A stretch of 64,000 nt of DNA from an uncultured Bacilli bacterium (GCA_934168325.1 CAKPNG010000001.1:37018-101017), one strand, 5' to 3'; counted from the stretch's first letter, positions 33,294 through 44,661 are shown. Notes: generated from the letters alone by a model not told the origin. A program made the numbers and translations.

Positions 33294-33323
33294 ATTATAC
33301 CAAAATTTTCAGAAAAAGTCAAG
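33294..33323 (-). promoter_or_regulatory. sigma70-like promoter
   Basis: rc TTGACT-N17-TATAAT. Confidence 0.5.
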
Positions 33324-33334
33324 CATTTAACATA

Positions 33335-35698
33335 TTAAAATTTTGAAATGCCACTAATTTTTTCTTTTTCTTTCAATTTAATTGTTTGTACTCCTAATGC
33401 TCCTCTATTCATAAGCGGGAGTGTGCTAATTTCGAGTTTTAAAGTCGATTTTTCTGAAGCTACAATTAATTCTTGTTCATTAGACAATGAAATAAATTTA
33501 CTTTCAAAGTCATTTTCAAGTTTTCTAACCTTAATGCCCTTCCCACCGCGGCCTTGCATTGTATAATCATTTTTGCTATTACGAATAGCTCGCCCACCCT
33601 GCGATACAAACAAAAATTCTTTTGTATTAGTTCCAATTAACTGGCTATCTACAACTTCATCACCTGCATTTAATTTTATACCAATAACACCACGAGTCAT
33701 TCTACCAATCGGATTAATTTCTTTTGTATCTATTATAATAAAATTTCCGCACTTTGTCAAGATTCCAATTGGCAATTTAGAAGTAAACAATACACTAACA
33801 ATTTTATCGCCCGTGTCTAGTTTTATAGCATTAATAGATGAACAACGATTAAAATTATATTCAGATAACTCACTCTTTTTAATTAGTCCATTTTTTGTAA
33901 TAAATAAAATAAACTCATTTTGTTTATCTTTAAAATTTACAGAAACAAAAGTAGTAAAATCATCATCATCTTCTACTTTACACAGCATCGCGATAGGCGT
34001 TTTCTTATCTAAAGCTGAAAATTCCAAACTATTCATTTGAAATTTCACACATTTACCATTAGCAGTAAAGAACAAAAGCATATCATTGTTTGAGCAAACT
34101 TTTAAAAATTTAACAAATTCTCCTTTATCGAGCTTCGTTTTTGTGCCGACTCCACCCCTCTTTTGAGTATAGAGTGAAGAGGTTTCAGTTATAACCAAAT
34201 TATTCTGATTTGTCATACTAACCTGATAAAGTTTTTCGTCTGTGGTTTGCCCTTCTTCTGTTTCGACATTTAAAATTTTTGTGCGACGATCATCGCCAAA
34301 TTTTTCAGCCACTTCACGCAATCCTTTTTCAATTTCCTTTTTTAAGAGTATTTCATTAGAAAGGATTTCGTTAATTTTTGTCTCTTCCACTTTTAAATTT
34401 GCTTGTTCATTTGTCAATTTTGTAATTTCAAGATGGGCTAAACGAGAAAGTTTTATGTCAAGAATTGCTTTAGCTTGCTCATTATCAATATCTAATAACT
34501 TGCAAAGTGCCGTATTAGCTTCCGCCGTAGAAGAAGAACTTTTAATTGTGCGAATGACTTCTTCTATCATTGAAATCGCTTTGAGAAGGCCTTCAATAAT
34601 GTGGAGTCGTTTTTGAATTTTTGCAAGGTCAAATTGGTAGCCACGCGTATAGACTTCTTTTTCATGAGTAAGATGAGCTTGAAGAAGTTCTTTTAATCCT
34701 AATACGGCAGGTTTCTTTCCATCAACTAATACAGTCATGTTTATCCCAAAATAATTTTCTAAAGAAGTCTCTTTATATAATAATTTTAATACAGCATTAG
34801 GATTAGCATATTTCGTTAAATAAATTTCATAATCAGGTGTTTTATGAGATGCGTCATTAACATTTTCAATTCCACAATTAGGGTTTTTTTCTAACAATTC
34901 TTGAATTTGTTTACTAATCGTTTCAGTATAAACGCCATATGGTAATTCTTTTACAATAAGGGCATTCCTATTTTTATCATATTCTATTACTGAACGCAAT
35001 TTTATTGAAGATCCGTTACCCGTCCGCAAACTTTCATATACTTCACTTTCATTTAAAATAATTGCGCCAGTTGCAAAATCAGGAGCACAATAAATTTCTT
35101 TAAAATCAATTTGTGGATTCCATAACAATTTAATAAGTGCTGTATTAATTTCTTTAAGATTAAATTGGGGAATGGATGAACTTATAGCAATCCCCAGCCC
35201 TACTGTTCCATTACAAATATTATAAAAACCTTTTGAGCAACTAATTTTAGGATAATTTTCTGTTTCATCAAAGTTTTCACTCCATTCAGAAATCGTTTCT
35301 TTATCAATATCATCAAATAGCAGATATCCTAAAGGACTCATCCTAAGTTCTGTATATCTCATACTAGCTTCATCATTTGTAGAATTTATAGTTCCGCTAT
35401 TTCCTTGACAATCTTCAAGGGGATAACGCATTGCATAAGGTTTAGCCATACGCATATAAGTAGCATAACAACTACTATCGCCATGTTCATAATAATGTCC
35501 AAGGGCATCACCGACTACTCGAGCACTTTTAACAAAAGGTTTCGATGGAATGTTCTTTGTAATATTAAGCTGACTATACATTAACATTCTAGCAGAAGGT
35601 TTTAGCATATCACGAGCATCACATATAGCTCGGTTTAAAATAACATTGCCCGCATACCGAGTAAAACTTTCTTCTACAACTTTTTTAATATCTGACAT
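33335..35698 (-). CDS. Type IIA topoisomerase A subunit (GyrA/ParC/T4 gp52-like)
   Basis: Active-site SMRYTELRM. Confidence 0.8.
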   Translation of the reverse strand: MSDIKKVVEESFTRYAGNVILNRAICDARDMLKPSARMLMYSQLNITKNIPSKPFVKSARVVGDALGHYYEHGDSSCYATYMRMAKPYAMRYPLEDCQGNSGTINSTNDEASMRYTELRMSPLGYLLFDDIDKETISEWSENFDETENYPKISCSKGFYNICNGTVGLGIAISSSIPQFNLKEINTALIKLLWNPQIDFKEIYCAPDFATGAIILNESEVYESLRTGNGSSIKLRSVIEYDKNRNALIVKELPYGVYTETISKQIQELLEKNPNCGIENVNDASHKTPDYEIYLTKYANPNAVLKLLYKETSLENYFGINMTVLVDGKKPAVLGLKELLQAHLTHEKEVYTRGYQFDLAKIQKRLHIIEGLLKAISMIEEVIRTIKSSSSTAEANTALCKLLDIDNEQAKAILDIKLSRLAHLEITKLTNEQANLKVEETKINEILSNEILLKKEIEKGLREVAEKFGDDRRTKILNVETEEGQTTDEKLYQVSMTNQNNLVITETSSLYTQKRGGVGTKTKLDKGEFVKFLKVCSNNDMLLFFTANGKCVKFQMNSLEFSALDKKTPIAMLCKVEDDDDFTTFVSVNFKDKQNEFILFITKNGLIKKSELSEYNFNRCSSINAIKLDTGDKIVSVLFTSKLPIGILTKCGNFIIIDTKEINPIGRMTRGVIGIKLNAGDEVVDSQLIGTNTKEFLFVSQGGRAIRNSKNDYTMQGRGGKGIKVRKLENDFESKFISLSNEQELIVASEKSTLKLEISTLPLMNRGALGVQTIKLKEKEKISGISKF

Positions 35699-37548
35699 TA
35701 TTCTACCTCAAATTTTGAAAAATCTATATTATTATAAACAAATTCTTTTCTGGGTTCAACATCCTCACTCATAAGAGATATTAACGTATTAATTCCTTCT
35801 TCACTATAAACAATAGGTTCAAGATGTTGCCATTCTTCATTAAACATAGACGCCTTTAAATCATTATCACTCATTTGACCAAGGCCTTTAAAGAAAGTAA
35901 TATTACCTTTGGGATGATTCCTAAATTCTTCTTCATTATAATAAAAATAAGTTTTTTTAGGAGTTTCTACTTTACAAGTCGGTGCCCGCAACCAAAAAAG
36001 CCGATTTTCTTTTAAAAATTCCGGCGCCAGAACCTGAAGCATTGCCATTAACAATAGGCCTATATGACTGCCATCAAAATCGCCATCAACAGCCAAAGCT
36101 ATTTTTCCATATCGAAGTTTATTTGCATTATAAGGTCGTCCGTAAGTAATACCTAACGCTTGCAAAAGTAATTTTACTTCTTCATTAGCCAATCCTTCCT
36201 CAATAGTTGCTTTTAATAAATTTTTTGCTTTTCCACGAAACATTAACACGCCATACCGATTAGGGTCTCTTCCAATTGACATGGATCCGCCAGCCGAGTT
36301 TCCTTCTACACAAAGCAGTATACTATCTTTTCCTAATTTTCGTGCATCGCGCAATTTATCGAAATTTAAGAGCTTTTTCTTTTCATTAACTTTTTGTTCT
36401 CTTTCATGGTTTAAAATTGCTTGGCGAGTCTTTTCGGCTGCTTTTTCTGCCTTTTCAATTTTTGTTAACAACTCGATTACGTTATTAAATTCTGTGCGGT
36501 GATGACTATAAAATTCTTTTAAGCAATTAGAAATAGCAAAAGAAGTTGCAGTTCCCGCTTCTTTATTTGCCAAAGCCGTTTTTGCTTGATTAGAAAATTG
36601 TCCAACATGGACCTTAACTGAAACAAATCCCTCAAGACATTCCCTAATTTGTTCGCCTGTAAATTTGGCTTTTGCTAAAGAATTAAAAGTTCTTGTCAAG
36701 GAAGTCTTAAACGAACTAATAAAAGCTCCGCCATCAGGCATATAAAGACCATTGGCATATCCTCGAATATTCCCTTTTTTTGCAACCCATTGTAAAGCTA
36801 ATTCCACTTGACAATCTGAATCATTATAAAAATAATTAAAGGGTTTACTAATAGCTTGTTCATTTTTTAATCCATCAATTAATCCATTCTTAGAAAAGAA
36901 AATTTCACTATTCCCATCAATAATAAGAATAATCTTTAAACCTTTAGTAAAATAAGACATCTCTCTAAGCATCTTTTTTAGATTATTTTCATCAATAAAA
37001 ATATTTCCATATACTCGTTCATCTGGCTCATAGGTAATGATAGTGCCTGTTATTGTATCTTGAGCTTTTGAAGTTTTTACTTCACACACTGGTTTAGCCC
37101 CTTCCTCTGAGCTTTCAAATCGCTGAAAATAAATATTCCCATCTCGATGAACTTCTACCTCAAGCCATTTGGCAGTATGACATACCACTTTATTTCCCTC
37201 ACCGTTGATACCCACCGAACTAACATATGAACCTTCTTTATGCTTCGCTCCAGAATGTGGTAAAAGAAAGGCTGCGGTAAGTGAATTAATACCATCATCT
37301 CTTACAGCGCAAGGTATACCTCGCATATTATCAGAAACACGAATTTTTCTTTCAGTAGTAAATAATTCAATTTTTAAACAAGGGTTTTCAGGTTTATATA
37401 CTTCAAACTCATCTTGAACATTAACAATAAGTTCTCGTAAACCCAAATTAATTGCTTCTTGTCTATCTGCACTAAGATACATCCCAATTTTTTCTCTAAA
37501 TGCACGGCCTGGGGATAGAGTGGTTAAATCATTCGCTGAATAACTCAT
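35698..37548 (-). CDS. Type IIA topoisomerase ATPase/TOPRIM subunit (GyrB/ParE/T4 gp39-like)
   Basis: GHKL N-terminus and TOPRIM CVEGNSAGGS. Confidence 0.8.
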   Translation of the reverse strand: MSYSANDLTTLSPGRAFREKIGMYLSADRQEAINLGLRELIVNVQDEFEVYKPENPCLKIELFTTERKIRVSDNMRGIPCAVRDDGINSLTAAFLLPHSGAKHKEGSYVSSVGINGEGNKVVCHTAKWLEVEVHRDGNIYFQRFESSEEGAKPVCEVKTSKAQDTITGTIITYEPDERVYGNIFIDENNLKKMLREMSYFTKGLKIILIIDGNSEIFFSKNGLIDGLKNEQAISKPFNYFYNDSDCQVELALQWVAKKGNIRGYANGLYMPDGGAFISSFKTSLTRTFNSLAKAKFTGEQIRECLEGFVSVKVHVGQFSNQAKTALANKEAGTATSFAISNCLKEFYSHHRTEFNNVIELLTKIEKAEKAAEKTRQAILNHEREQKVNEKKKLLNFDKLRDARKLGKDSILLCVEGNSAGGSMSIGRDPNRYGVLMFRGKAKNLLKATIEEGLANEEVKLLLQALGITYGRPYNANKLRYGKIALAVDGDFDGSHIGLLLMAMLQVLAPEFLKENRLFWLRAPTCKVETPKKTYFYYNEEEFRNHPKGNITFFKGLGQMSDNDLKASMFNEEWQHLEPIVYSEEGINTLISLMSEDVEPRKEFVYNNIDFSKFEVE

Positions 37549-37899
37549 TTAAATCACCTCCATTTTGAGTAAACTATTATCTGCCATAGGAAGACTCACA
37601 AATGAAAGTTCAGTAGTTAAATAATTTTCATTTCTGAAAGAATAAGGTACTTGTGGCCCTATACCTCCATAGTAATAATCAGATGATATTGTAGAATTTA
37701 TTACATTTAAAACAGGTCTTACAAGCTGAGTAATAAAGACATCTTGCCCTTTCCATTTTGTTTTTATTTTTAAATAAAAAGGTTTCCCATTTTCAAAATC
37801 AATTGTAGACATATCAAAATAAGAAGTCCCGCAATAATTACATTTATGTTGTTCAGGATTAATTACCGCTCCGCAATTAGGACAGTTTGTTTTCATCAC
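37549..37899 (-). CDS. Zinc-ribbon protein
   Basis: CPNCGAV...CNYCG. Confidence 0.45.
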   Translation of the reverse strand: MMKTNCPNCGAVINPEQHKCNYCGTSYFDMSTIDFENGKPFYLKIKTKWKGQDVFITQLVRPVLNVINSTISSDYYYGGIGPQVPYSFRNENYLTTELSFVSLPMADNSLLKMEVI

Positions 37900-38070
37900 T
37901 ATCTCTCCTCCTTTACTTCATAATTTGGTGGCACATAATTTTCAGCTTTTCGCCAACGCCACCCATCACTTTCCCATATAAGGAAAAAAGTTGTTGTAAA
38001 AACATTATCCAAATAAACATCAAGAACTGTTGATATAACACCAGTCTCTTTATTTTTGACTTTAAACATT
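37897..38070 (-). CDS. Small hypothetical protein (57 aa)
   Basis: ATGTTTAAAGTC... overlaps the next start. Confidence 0.3.
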
Positions 38071-38152
38071 CAATGCTCCTTTCAATTTATTTCTAATTAT
38101 AGTATAATAAAAAAGAGAGAAAAAATCAAATTTCTCTCTAAAAATTTTTTAT

Positions 38153-38329
38153 TTATCTCTTAAACTTTCTTTGTAGCGAAACTAAACGAATTTCTCCTTT
38201 AATATTCTCAAAAATATTTCCATATTCATCCTTAACTAATTGATATGGTCCAACTTTTATTTTATAATCATCTAACTCTGGCCAGCGATCAAGTTCTTCT
38301 TTTAATTCTCTAATAGTTAATTCTTCCAT
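38153..38329 (-). CDS. Small hypothetical protein (58 aa, start MEELTIREL)
   Basis: Internal ATG placed just after the helicase stop. Confidence 0.3.
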   Translation of the reverse strand: MEELTIRELKEELDRWPELDDYKIKVGPYQLVKDEYGNIFENIKGEIRLVSLQRKFKR

Positions 38330-38333
38330 AAAT

Positions 38334-39413
38334 TTAATCCCACTCCTGAATTTTCTTCGCGGCGCCACGTCGTTTTGACAGCCAAAACAAATTTTTCTTT
38401 GCTCTAGTAATTGCAACATAATTTACAAAAATTTCATCACTGTTCCATTTATTAATTGCTCCATAAACCACAACATTATCAGCTTCAAGTCCTTTTGCAC
38501 TATGAATTGTTAATACTTTAACTGAATTTTTTTCCATTAACTCATTTAAATGAGCAACGGTCATATTTTTCATTTTAAAAGTATCATTAGGAATTTCATA
38601 AACATTTAATAGAGCTTGCATTTCTTCAACCTAACGATTAGAACGACACAAAATAAACCAGCTTTTATAATCTCGCTTATTTTTAATTTGTTGAATTAAT
38701 TTTAAAAAAGAACTCCAATTAATAAATTGAACAGTTCCACTATTTTCGGTCATTGCCCGCGAATCATCTCGATAATCCCAGCCTTTTTGTGCAATTGTTT
38801 GCTTCGCGAAAGAAAGAATTTGTTGTGCATTTCTATAATTTTGTGTTAATTTAAAAACAGAAACATCTGGCTGTTGCATAATACGAAGCAACATATCAGG
38901 ACGACTCCCATTAAATTGATAAATTGTTTGTCGTAAATCGCCAATTAACATAAAATTTTTTGGTTTAATCATATCAATTAAAAAGTCAAATTGCTCGGCG
39001 GTGCTGTCTTGAGCTTCATCAAGAAACAAATATTGAACTGGCTGAATGCAATTAGGGTGTAGTCTAACCATTTCAAAAAGTTTATCAAAATCTTCGTTTT
39101 CTACAGCTTCGGAAACATCATAACCACAACACTTTAACAAATATGAAGCATAACTATGAACTGTTGAAATATGAATACCTTTTGGATTTTTTAATCGCCG
39201 TAAAATATTATCAGCCGCCAAATTTGTAAAAGTAATTGCAACAATTTGACTTGGATGAATATGCCGCTCTTCAATTAACCATCTAATTCTTTCTGTTAAA
39301 CAATGTGTCTTTCCAGCAGCGGCGGCGCAGAGAATAACAGAATAAGGCTTGGTTGTATAGACTACTTCTTTTTGCTCCAAACTTAATTCCATTTTAACCA
39401 CCTGCCTTTTCAT
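38334..39413 (-). CDS. UvrD/PcrA-like helicase, continuous only through one in-frame TAG (38631-38633)
   Basis: N-part Walker A CAAAAGKTH and TFTNLAA (motif Ia). After TAG then V-E-E, the same frame continues into ORF 38334-38621 with motifs V/VI (HSAKGLEADNVVV, VAITRAKK). Confidence 0.7.
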
Positions 39414-40179
39414 TTAAGAGAATTTTGCTTCCATAGAAGTCAATGTAGAATTTTTCACGAGCATTTAATTGGTCTTTTGGACAAACTTCAACTAACTTAA
39501 ATAAAAAACGGTCTAAGCCATCCTGTGCCATTACAGTGTGGAGATAAGAATGAGCAATTGTGCCTATTCCTAATGCTGATTTAACGTGTTCAGTCCATCT
39601 CTTCATTATATCAACACTACGGCCAATGTAAAATTCTCCCGTTTTAAGTCGTGTAATTTTATAAATGCCGCTCACTGGAGCTTTTAAAACCCGTTTTTCC
39701 ATTAAATCAAGCGGCCGCCTAATAAACTCATTATAAATTAATTTATTTAAAGCTTCTTTATTAGTTAAAATAGGACGAATTTGCTCTAAATTTTTTATAT
39801 CTGATTTTGCCTCATCAGTCAAACAAATACGATAAAAATCTTTATGCTCTTCAATTTCTCGCCGTTTCAAAATATCAGCATTAATCGCGGCCTGCTTTTC
39901 TTTCATTTCATTTAAATCATTCCAAACACAAGCTCGCTCATCTTTTAATAATTCTAATTCGCGGAACTCATTTTGGTATTGATTTTCTAATTGTTCCTGG
40001 ATACCATTCTTTAATTGTTGATTTTCTTCATATAAATCTTGAATTGTATTATTTAAATTCTAATATTCATTTAATAAATTCGCCTGCGTGTGTTTATTTA
40101 TTATAATTTCATGAATTAAATATCCAATTATTAAACCAAAAAATAGACTTAAACCTAAACATATAAATAAAATTTCCAT
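39394..40179 (-). CDS. Membrane-anchored coiled-coil protein with C-terminal GIY-YIG nuclease domain; 1 in-frame TAG
   Basis: GIYKITRLKTGEFYIGRSVDIMKRWTEH. Upstream extension through TAG (40060-40062) reaches ATG 40179, with an N-terminal TM segment MEILFICLGLSLFFGLIIGYLI. Confidence 0.55.
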
Positions 40180-40265
40180 TATTTATTAAAACTCCTATTT
40201 CTTTATAATTTTATTATAACATAAATTTAACTTTAAGTCAAATTTTTTTAATCATTATAAAACTC

Positions 40266-40294
40266 TTGACTTTTTTAGAAAACTGTGGTATATT
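40266..40294 (+). promoter_or_regulatory. sigma70-like promoter with extended -10 (TTGACT-N17-TGgTATATT)
   Basis: Sequence match. No obvious + strand ORF downstream. Confidence 0.45.
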
Positions 40295-40429
40295 AAAACA
40301 TAGGGAAAGCCTATTTATTATATATATAAATAAATAAATAAAAATATAAGTTTTTATTTCTTTCTTTTTCTTTTGCTTCTTTTCTTTTTCTTTCTTGCAA
40401 TATTTACGGAGATTCTAAAATTTGATTTT

Positions 40430-40465
40430 CCCATAAAAAAAGAAGGTCAATCACTGACCTTCTTT
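40430..40465 (-). terminator. Intrinsic terminator
   Basis: AGAAGGTCA/TGACCTTCT hairpin with a T7 run on the - strand. Confidence 0.7.
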
Positions 40466-40939
40466 ATCTTCGCATGGCTCACAGAGTGCTTTTTTTACTT
40501 TATCTTCACAAAGCCCGAATAGCCTATCACCATTATTATTGCCGCCAAGCGATTTATAAGTATCGTATTCATTACATAAATGCAAATATTCATTTTCTGT
40601 AATTTTATGATCTTCTTCTAAATAACGGCTACATTTCTTTTTAAAATAGTCCCCTTGAAGACATAGCATACCATTTTTTAATAAATCCTAATCTTGTGTT
40701 ATTTGGTCAATTTGGCTTTGTAAATGGCGATCATTCTCATTTACTATTGTTGTAATTGTAGAAGCTGTTTCATTAAGCATTTCCTTAAAGTCGGCAATCA
40801 GAGCCGCATGAATTTTACTTTCTCTTCCACTTTTTTCTTTTTTATACATAGACCAAATTTGTTTAATACAAATACTGGCGCCCGCGACGACTAATCCAAA
40901 AGCAACCTCTACCCAATATTTGATGATCCATTCTATCAT
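40451..40939 (-). CDS. Membrane protein with Cys-rich C-terminus; two listed ORFs (40688-40939 and 40451-40669) fused through one TAG
   Basis: ORF 40688.. ends in TAG. Same frame gives D-L-L-K-N-G then M of ORF 40451... Confidence 0.4.
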
Positions 40940-40989
40940 CGGGCACGACCTCCTTTAAGTAATAAATCGTTATGATAGCGATTTCTTAC

Positions 40990-41364
40990 CTAATTTTCAA
41001 TTTTAAAAATGTCCGTTGGAGAATTAATTATATCGATTTTCCAATAAGGGATTCGATATAGCGGAATAGAGTGAGCTAAAGCATAAGAGTTTTTCTTACG
41101 GTCGCGTTCTTGAGCTTCGAGAAAATTACTGTATCTTTTATGATAAAATGGAGAGAATTTAAAATGTAGATCGCTGTCATATTCAACTAAAGCCACTAAC
41201 TTTGACGCACGCGAAAAAACGGCAAAATCATATCTTAATGATTTTCCGTTATGTCCTTTTAAATCAGAAAATAAATATTCTGTTTTTACCTTATAACCGC
41301 CATTGGTTAAAACTGATAATACTTTCTTAGCTCCTTTACTTAACTCACTCATTTCCTCACCCAA
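40990..41364 (-). CDS. Hypothetical protein (124 aa); ends in TAG
   Basis: Intact ORF. Readthrough would add about 18 codons. Confidence 0.5.
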   Translation of the reverse strand: MGEEMSELSKGAKKVLSVLTNGGYKVKTEYLFSDLKGHNGKSLRYDFAVFSRASKLVALVEYDSDLHFKFSPFYHKRYSNFLEAQERDRKKNSYALAHSIPLYRIPYWKIDIINSPTDIFKIEN

Positions 41365-41475
41365 TTTAAGTAAAATTTATTTCTTATTTATCTATTTTTT
41401 TCACTATGTCAATTAAAATTAATTTTATAGATAATAAAAATAGTTTTTTTACTTAAGATTGTGGAGGTGTGGATA

Positions 41476-41805
41476 ATGACTCAAAAAGAACGAATTATTC
41501 AATATGTCCTTCATACTCCTTGCAATAGCAACCGTCAAATTTTGGAGAGCCTTCTGTTGGACCTCGCGACAGGGGAATTTGACTTTGACTTAATTAAAGA
41601 CCAGGGAGCATGGGAGGACAAAGGCTATTCACAATATTCAGCAGTTTATGATGAAAACGGTAATGTTTATATCGCAATTGCTGATGTGAGTGTAGGCACG
41701 CCTTTATCTGATAAGTCATATTGGGTCGCCATCATGAAAGATGTTGAAGTCTCATATGACATCATTGATGGAGGAATGGCCTCCGGATATAAAGATTTTA
41801 ATTAA
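41476..41805 (+). CDS. Hypothetical protein
   Basis: RBS ggaggtg then ATG. Confidence 0.5.
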   Translation: MTQKERIIQYVLHTPCNSNRQILESLLLDLATGEFDFDLIKDQGAWEDKGYSQYSAVYDENGNVYIAIADVSVGTPLSDKSYWVAIMKDVEVSYDIIDGGMASGYKDFN

Positions 41806-41821
41806 TGGGAGGATTAATTAA

Positions 41822-43066
41822 ATGCCTGAAAAAATCTTAAAAGCTCGCATTTTGTTAAGAAATGACGAAACTGCTAATTGGCTGAAAAATTAGAATACAG
41901 TTCTTGAAAAAGGTGAAGCTGGTGTTGAATTTTTAGCTGATGGTAAAACTAAAATTAAAATTGGTGACGGCGTAAAGAAATGGTCCGAACTTCCTTATAT
42001 TGGTGGCGAAGACATAGCTCAAACTCAAGTATTTCAAGTTGAAGCTCAAGCCGAACAAGAAGACCTCACTGTAATTGCTACTGCTGTTGGCGATGCTGTA
42101 TTACAGAGTGGAGACGTTGCAATTGTAAAAAGAGCAATTGCAGGTGAAAAATATGAATATACTGCTTATGTTTATAATGGCACTGCTTGGTGTGCTATGG
42201 ATGGCAACTACAATGCAGAAAATGTTTATTTTAGCAAGGACTTAATTACGACTTCTGCTGTTGGCAACATTACTCTTACTAATGGCCAAGCGACTATCGC
42301 GGCCACGGGTAAAAACTTAAAGCAAGTATTTGATACTATTTTTGTTAAGGAAAAGAATCCAACAATCACACAGCCTTCTGTTGGAGTAACTCTTGGAAAC
42401 TCGGGTGCTAAAGAAGTTGGAACAAAAGTAGTGCCTTCTTATTCTACTACATTCAATAGCGGAAAATATGAATTTGGCCCTGCAACAGGATGTAATCCTA
42501 CTTCTTGGTCGGTGACTGATAGTAATGGCTCTACCCCTCTTACCACTGCAACTGGTAAATTTGCAGAAATTACTGTTGCAGATGATACTAATTATAAAGT
42601 AAATGCTACTGTAAATTATAGTGAAGGTGCTATTCCTAAAACTAATATTGGTAATGATTATCCTGCTGGAAAAATTGTTGCGGGCAATAAATCTGCTGAT
42701 TCTTATACCATTACTGGTTACAGAAATTCTTTCTATGGCACACTTACTGAAAAGGGCGAAATTACAAGTGATATTATTCGTGCTTTAATTGGAAAATCTA
42801 ATAAAGCTTTTGGCAATGGAGCTGATTTTACAATTATACTTCCTGCTGGAGCAATGAGAGTTATATTTGCCTACCCTGCAACCTTAAGAGATGTTACTAG
42901 TGTTAAAGATGTTAATGGTCTTAATGCCGAAATTAAGAGTTCTTTTACTAAATCTACTCTATCTGTTGAAGGTGACAATGGTTTTGCTGGTATTGATTAT
43001 AAAGTTTATACAGCCGATTTTGCAGCTCCAATAGAGAAAACAAATTCTTATGCAGTTAAAATATAA
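41822..43066 (+). CDS. Tail fibre/receptor-binding protein paralog 1; 1 in-frame TAG (41891-41893)
   Basis: N-terminus ARILLRNDETANW...GDGVKKWSELPYIGG is shared with the 44708 and 46289 genes. Joins listed ORF 42197-43066. Confidence 0.7.
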
Positions 43067-43086
43067 TTTTAGGAGGGAAATAAATA

Positions 43087-44661
43087 ATGGCTATGGATTT
43101 TGGAAAACTTGATTTCGCAGTATCGTTTAACCGATTAACTGCCTTCCCTCTTGATGCAAAGAGCTATTTTGAGAGTTTAGAGAGTGCTCAAGCTGCGGCT
43201 GCAACTGCCGAGGGTGCAGGTAGCTCGAATACTACTTATTATTTTGGTCAGCAAATTGCTGTTGTTGAGGGTGGAGTTGCTACTCTTTATGTAATTCAGC
43301 CAGATAAGACTCTTAAAGAAGTCGGCGGAAAAATTGCAATTAACGGAAATGTTTTTGTTAAAGATGCGGAAGGTAAGCTTGATTTACTTGGATTTGTCGA
43401 TGCTACTGCTGGTGCTCAGCTTGTTAAATCTGCTGATGGCAAACTTTCTTGGGTAAAGCCCGACACTACTACTGTTGAAGGACTTTCTACTGCCGTAGAA
43501 GGTTTAAAAGCTGATGTTGCTAGTTTAAGAACTGATGTTGGTAAAGCTGCACAGGGCGAAACCGCCGCGACTGGCTTATTTAAAGAAGTTTCGGATATTA
43601 AAGGTTCTCTTGCTCAGCAAGCAACCAATATTAGCGGTAAAGCAGATAAGGCAACTACACTTGCTGGTTATGGCATCACTGATGTTTTTACAAAAACTGA
43701 GACAAATTCGGCAATTGCTAAAGCTATTTCTGAAAGTGGCCATGCTCAATTTGTAAAAGTTGATGCTGTTCCTTTTGCGGAAGAAGCCGAGGCAAATAAA
43801 CTTTATTTAGTTTATAATGAAACAACTCAGCATTATGACATTTATGCAAAGGTTGATGACGCAGTTGAATTACTTGATGATACTACTGTTGATTTAACTA
43901 ACTATTATAAGAAAGACGAAGTTAATACAGAACTTGCTAAAAAAGTTGATAAAGTTGATGGTAAAGGGCTTTCTACTGAAGACTTTTCTACTGAACTTAA
44001 GAATAAGTTAGTTGGAATTGCTGAAGGCGCCGAAGTCAATGTAGTTAAAAGTGTTAAGGATACTGATTTTGTTGTTAGTGCAGAAGGTCAGCTTCAATTA
44101 AAAGACACTATTTCTACTGCGGTCAATGCTGTCGCAAATAAAGTCGATAAAGAAGAAGGCAAGAGCCTTGTAAGTGATACTGAAATTACTAAACTTACAA
44201 CTGTCCAAGAAAATGCTGAACCCAACTATATTAAGAATGTTGATGCACAGTTCGAAGTAAGTGCTGAAGGTCAGTTATCTCTTAAAGAGCTTGCTCAAGA
44301 TAAAATCACTGGGCTTCCTGCGGCACTTGAGGGAAAAGTTGATAAAGTCGAAGGTAAAGGTTTATCTAAAAACGACTTTACTGATGAATTTGTTACAAAA
44401 CTCAATGCAATAAATCTTGAGAATATTCAAGCTAATGTGATTGAAAAAATCACTCTTAACGGCGTAGAAACCCAAATAGTTGAAAAAACTGTCGATATTC
44501 CACTTGCGACTACTGCTCAATTTGGTCTTGTTAAAGGCTCTGACGCTGAAAATGAGGTCGCAATTAAAGCCGATGGTGTTATGAGTGTTAATACTCTTAA
44601 TATACAAAAGCTTTCTCAAACTGAGGGCGAAACCTTAGTTCTTGATTGCGGGAAAGCTTAA
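43087..44661 (+). CDS. Tail fibre protein with three KVDKVDGKGLS..DF..L repeats
   Basis: Internal repeats and Ala-rich coiled segments. TAG-free. Confidence 0.65.
   Translation: MAMDFGKLDFAVSFNRLTAFPLDAKSYFESLESAQAAAATAEGAGSSNTTYYFGQQIAVVEGGVATLYVIQPDKTLKEVGGKIAINGNVFVKDAEGKLDLLGFVDATAGAQLVKSADGKLSWVKPDTTTVEGLSTAVEGLKADVASLRTDVGKAAQGETAATGLFKEVSDIKGSLAQQATNISGKADKATTLAGYGITDVFTKTETNSAIAKAISESGHAQFVKVDAVPFAEEAEANKLYLVYNETTQHYDIYAKVDDAVELLDDTTVDLTNYYKKDEVNTELAKKVDKVDGKGLSTEDFSTELKNKLVGIAEGAEVNVVKSVKDTDFVVSAEGQLQLKDTISTAVNAVANKVDKEEGKSLVSDTEITKLTTVQENAEPNYIKNVDAQFEVSAEGQLSLKELAQDKITGLPAALEGKVDKVEGKGLSKNDFTDEFVTKLNAINLENIQANVIEKITLNGVETQIVEKTVDIPLATTAQFGLVKGSDAENEVAIKADGVMSVNTLNIQKLSQTEGETLVLDCGKA

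Noticed and set aside
33348-34616. + strand ORFs 33348-33566, 33573-34040, 34242-34616
   Set aside because: Antisense to the topoisomerase A-subunit gene; hydrophobic low-complexity translations.
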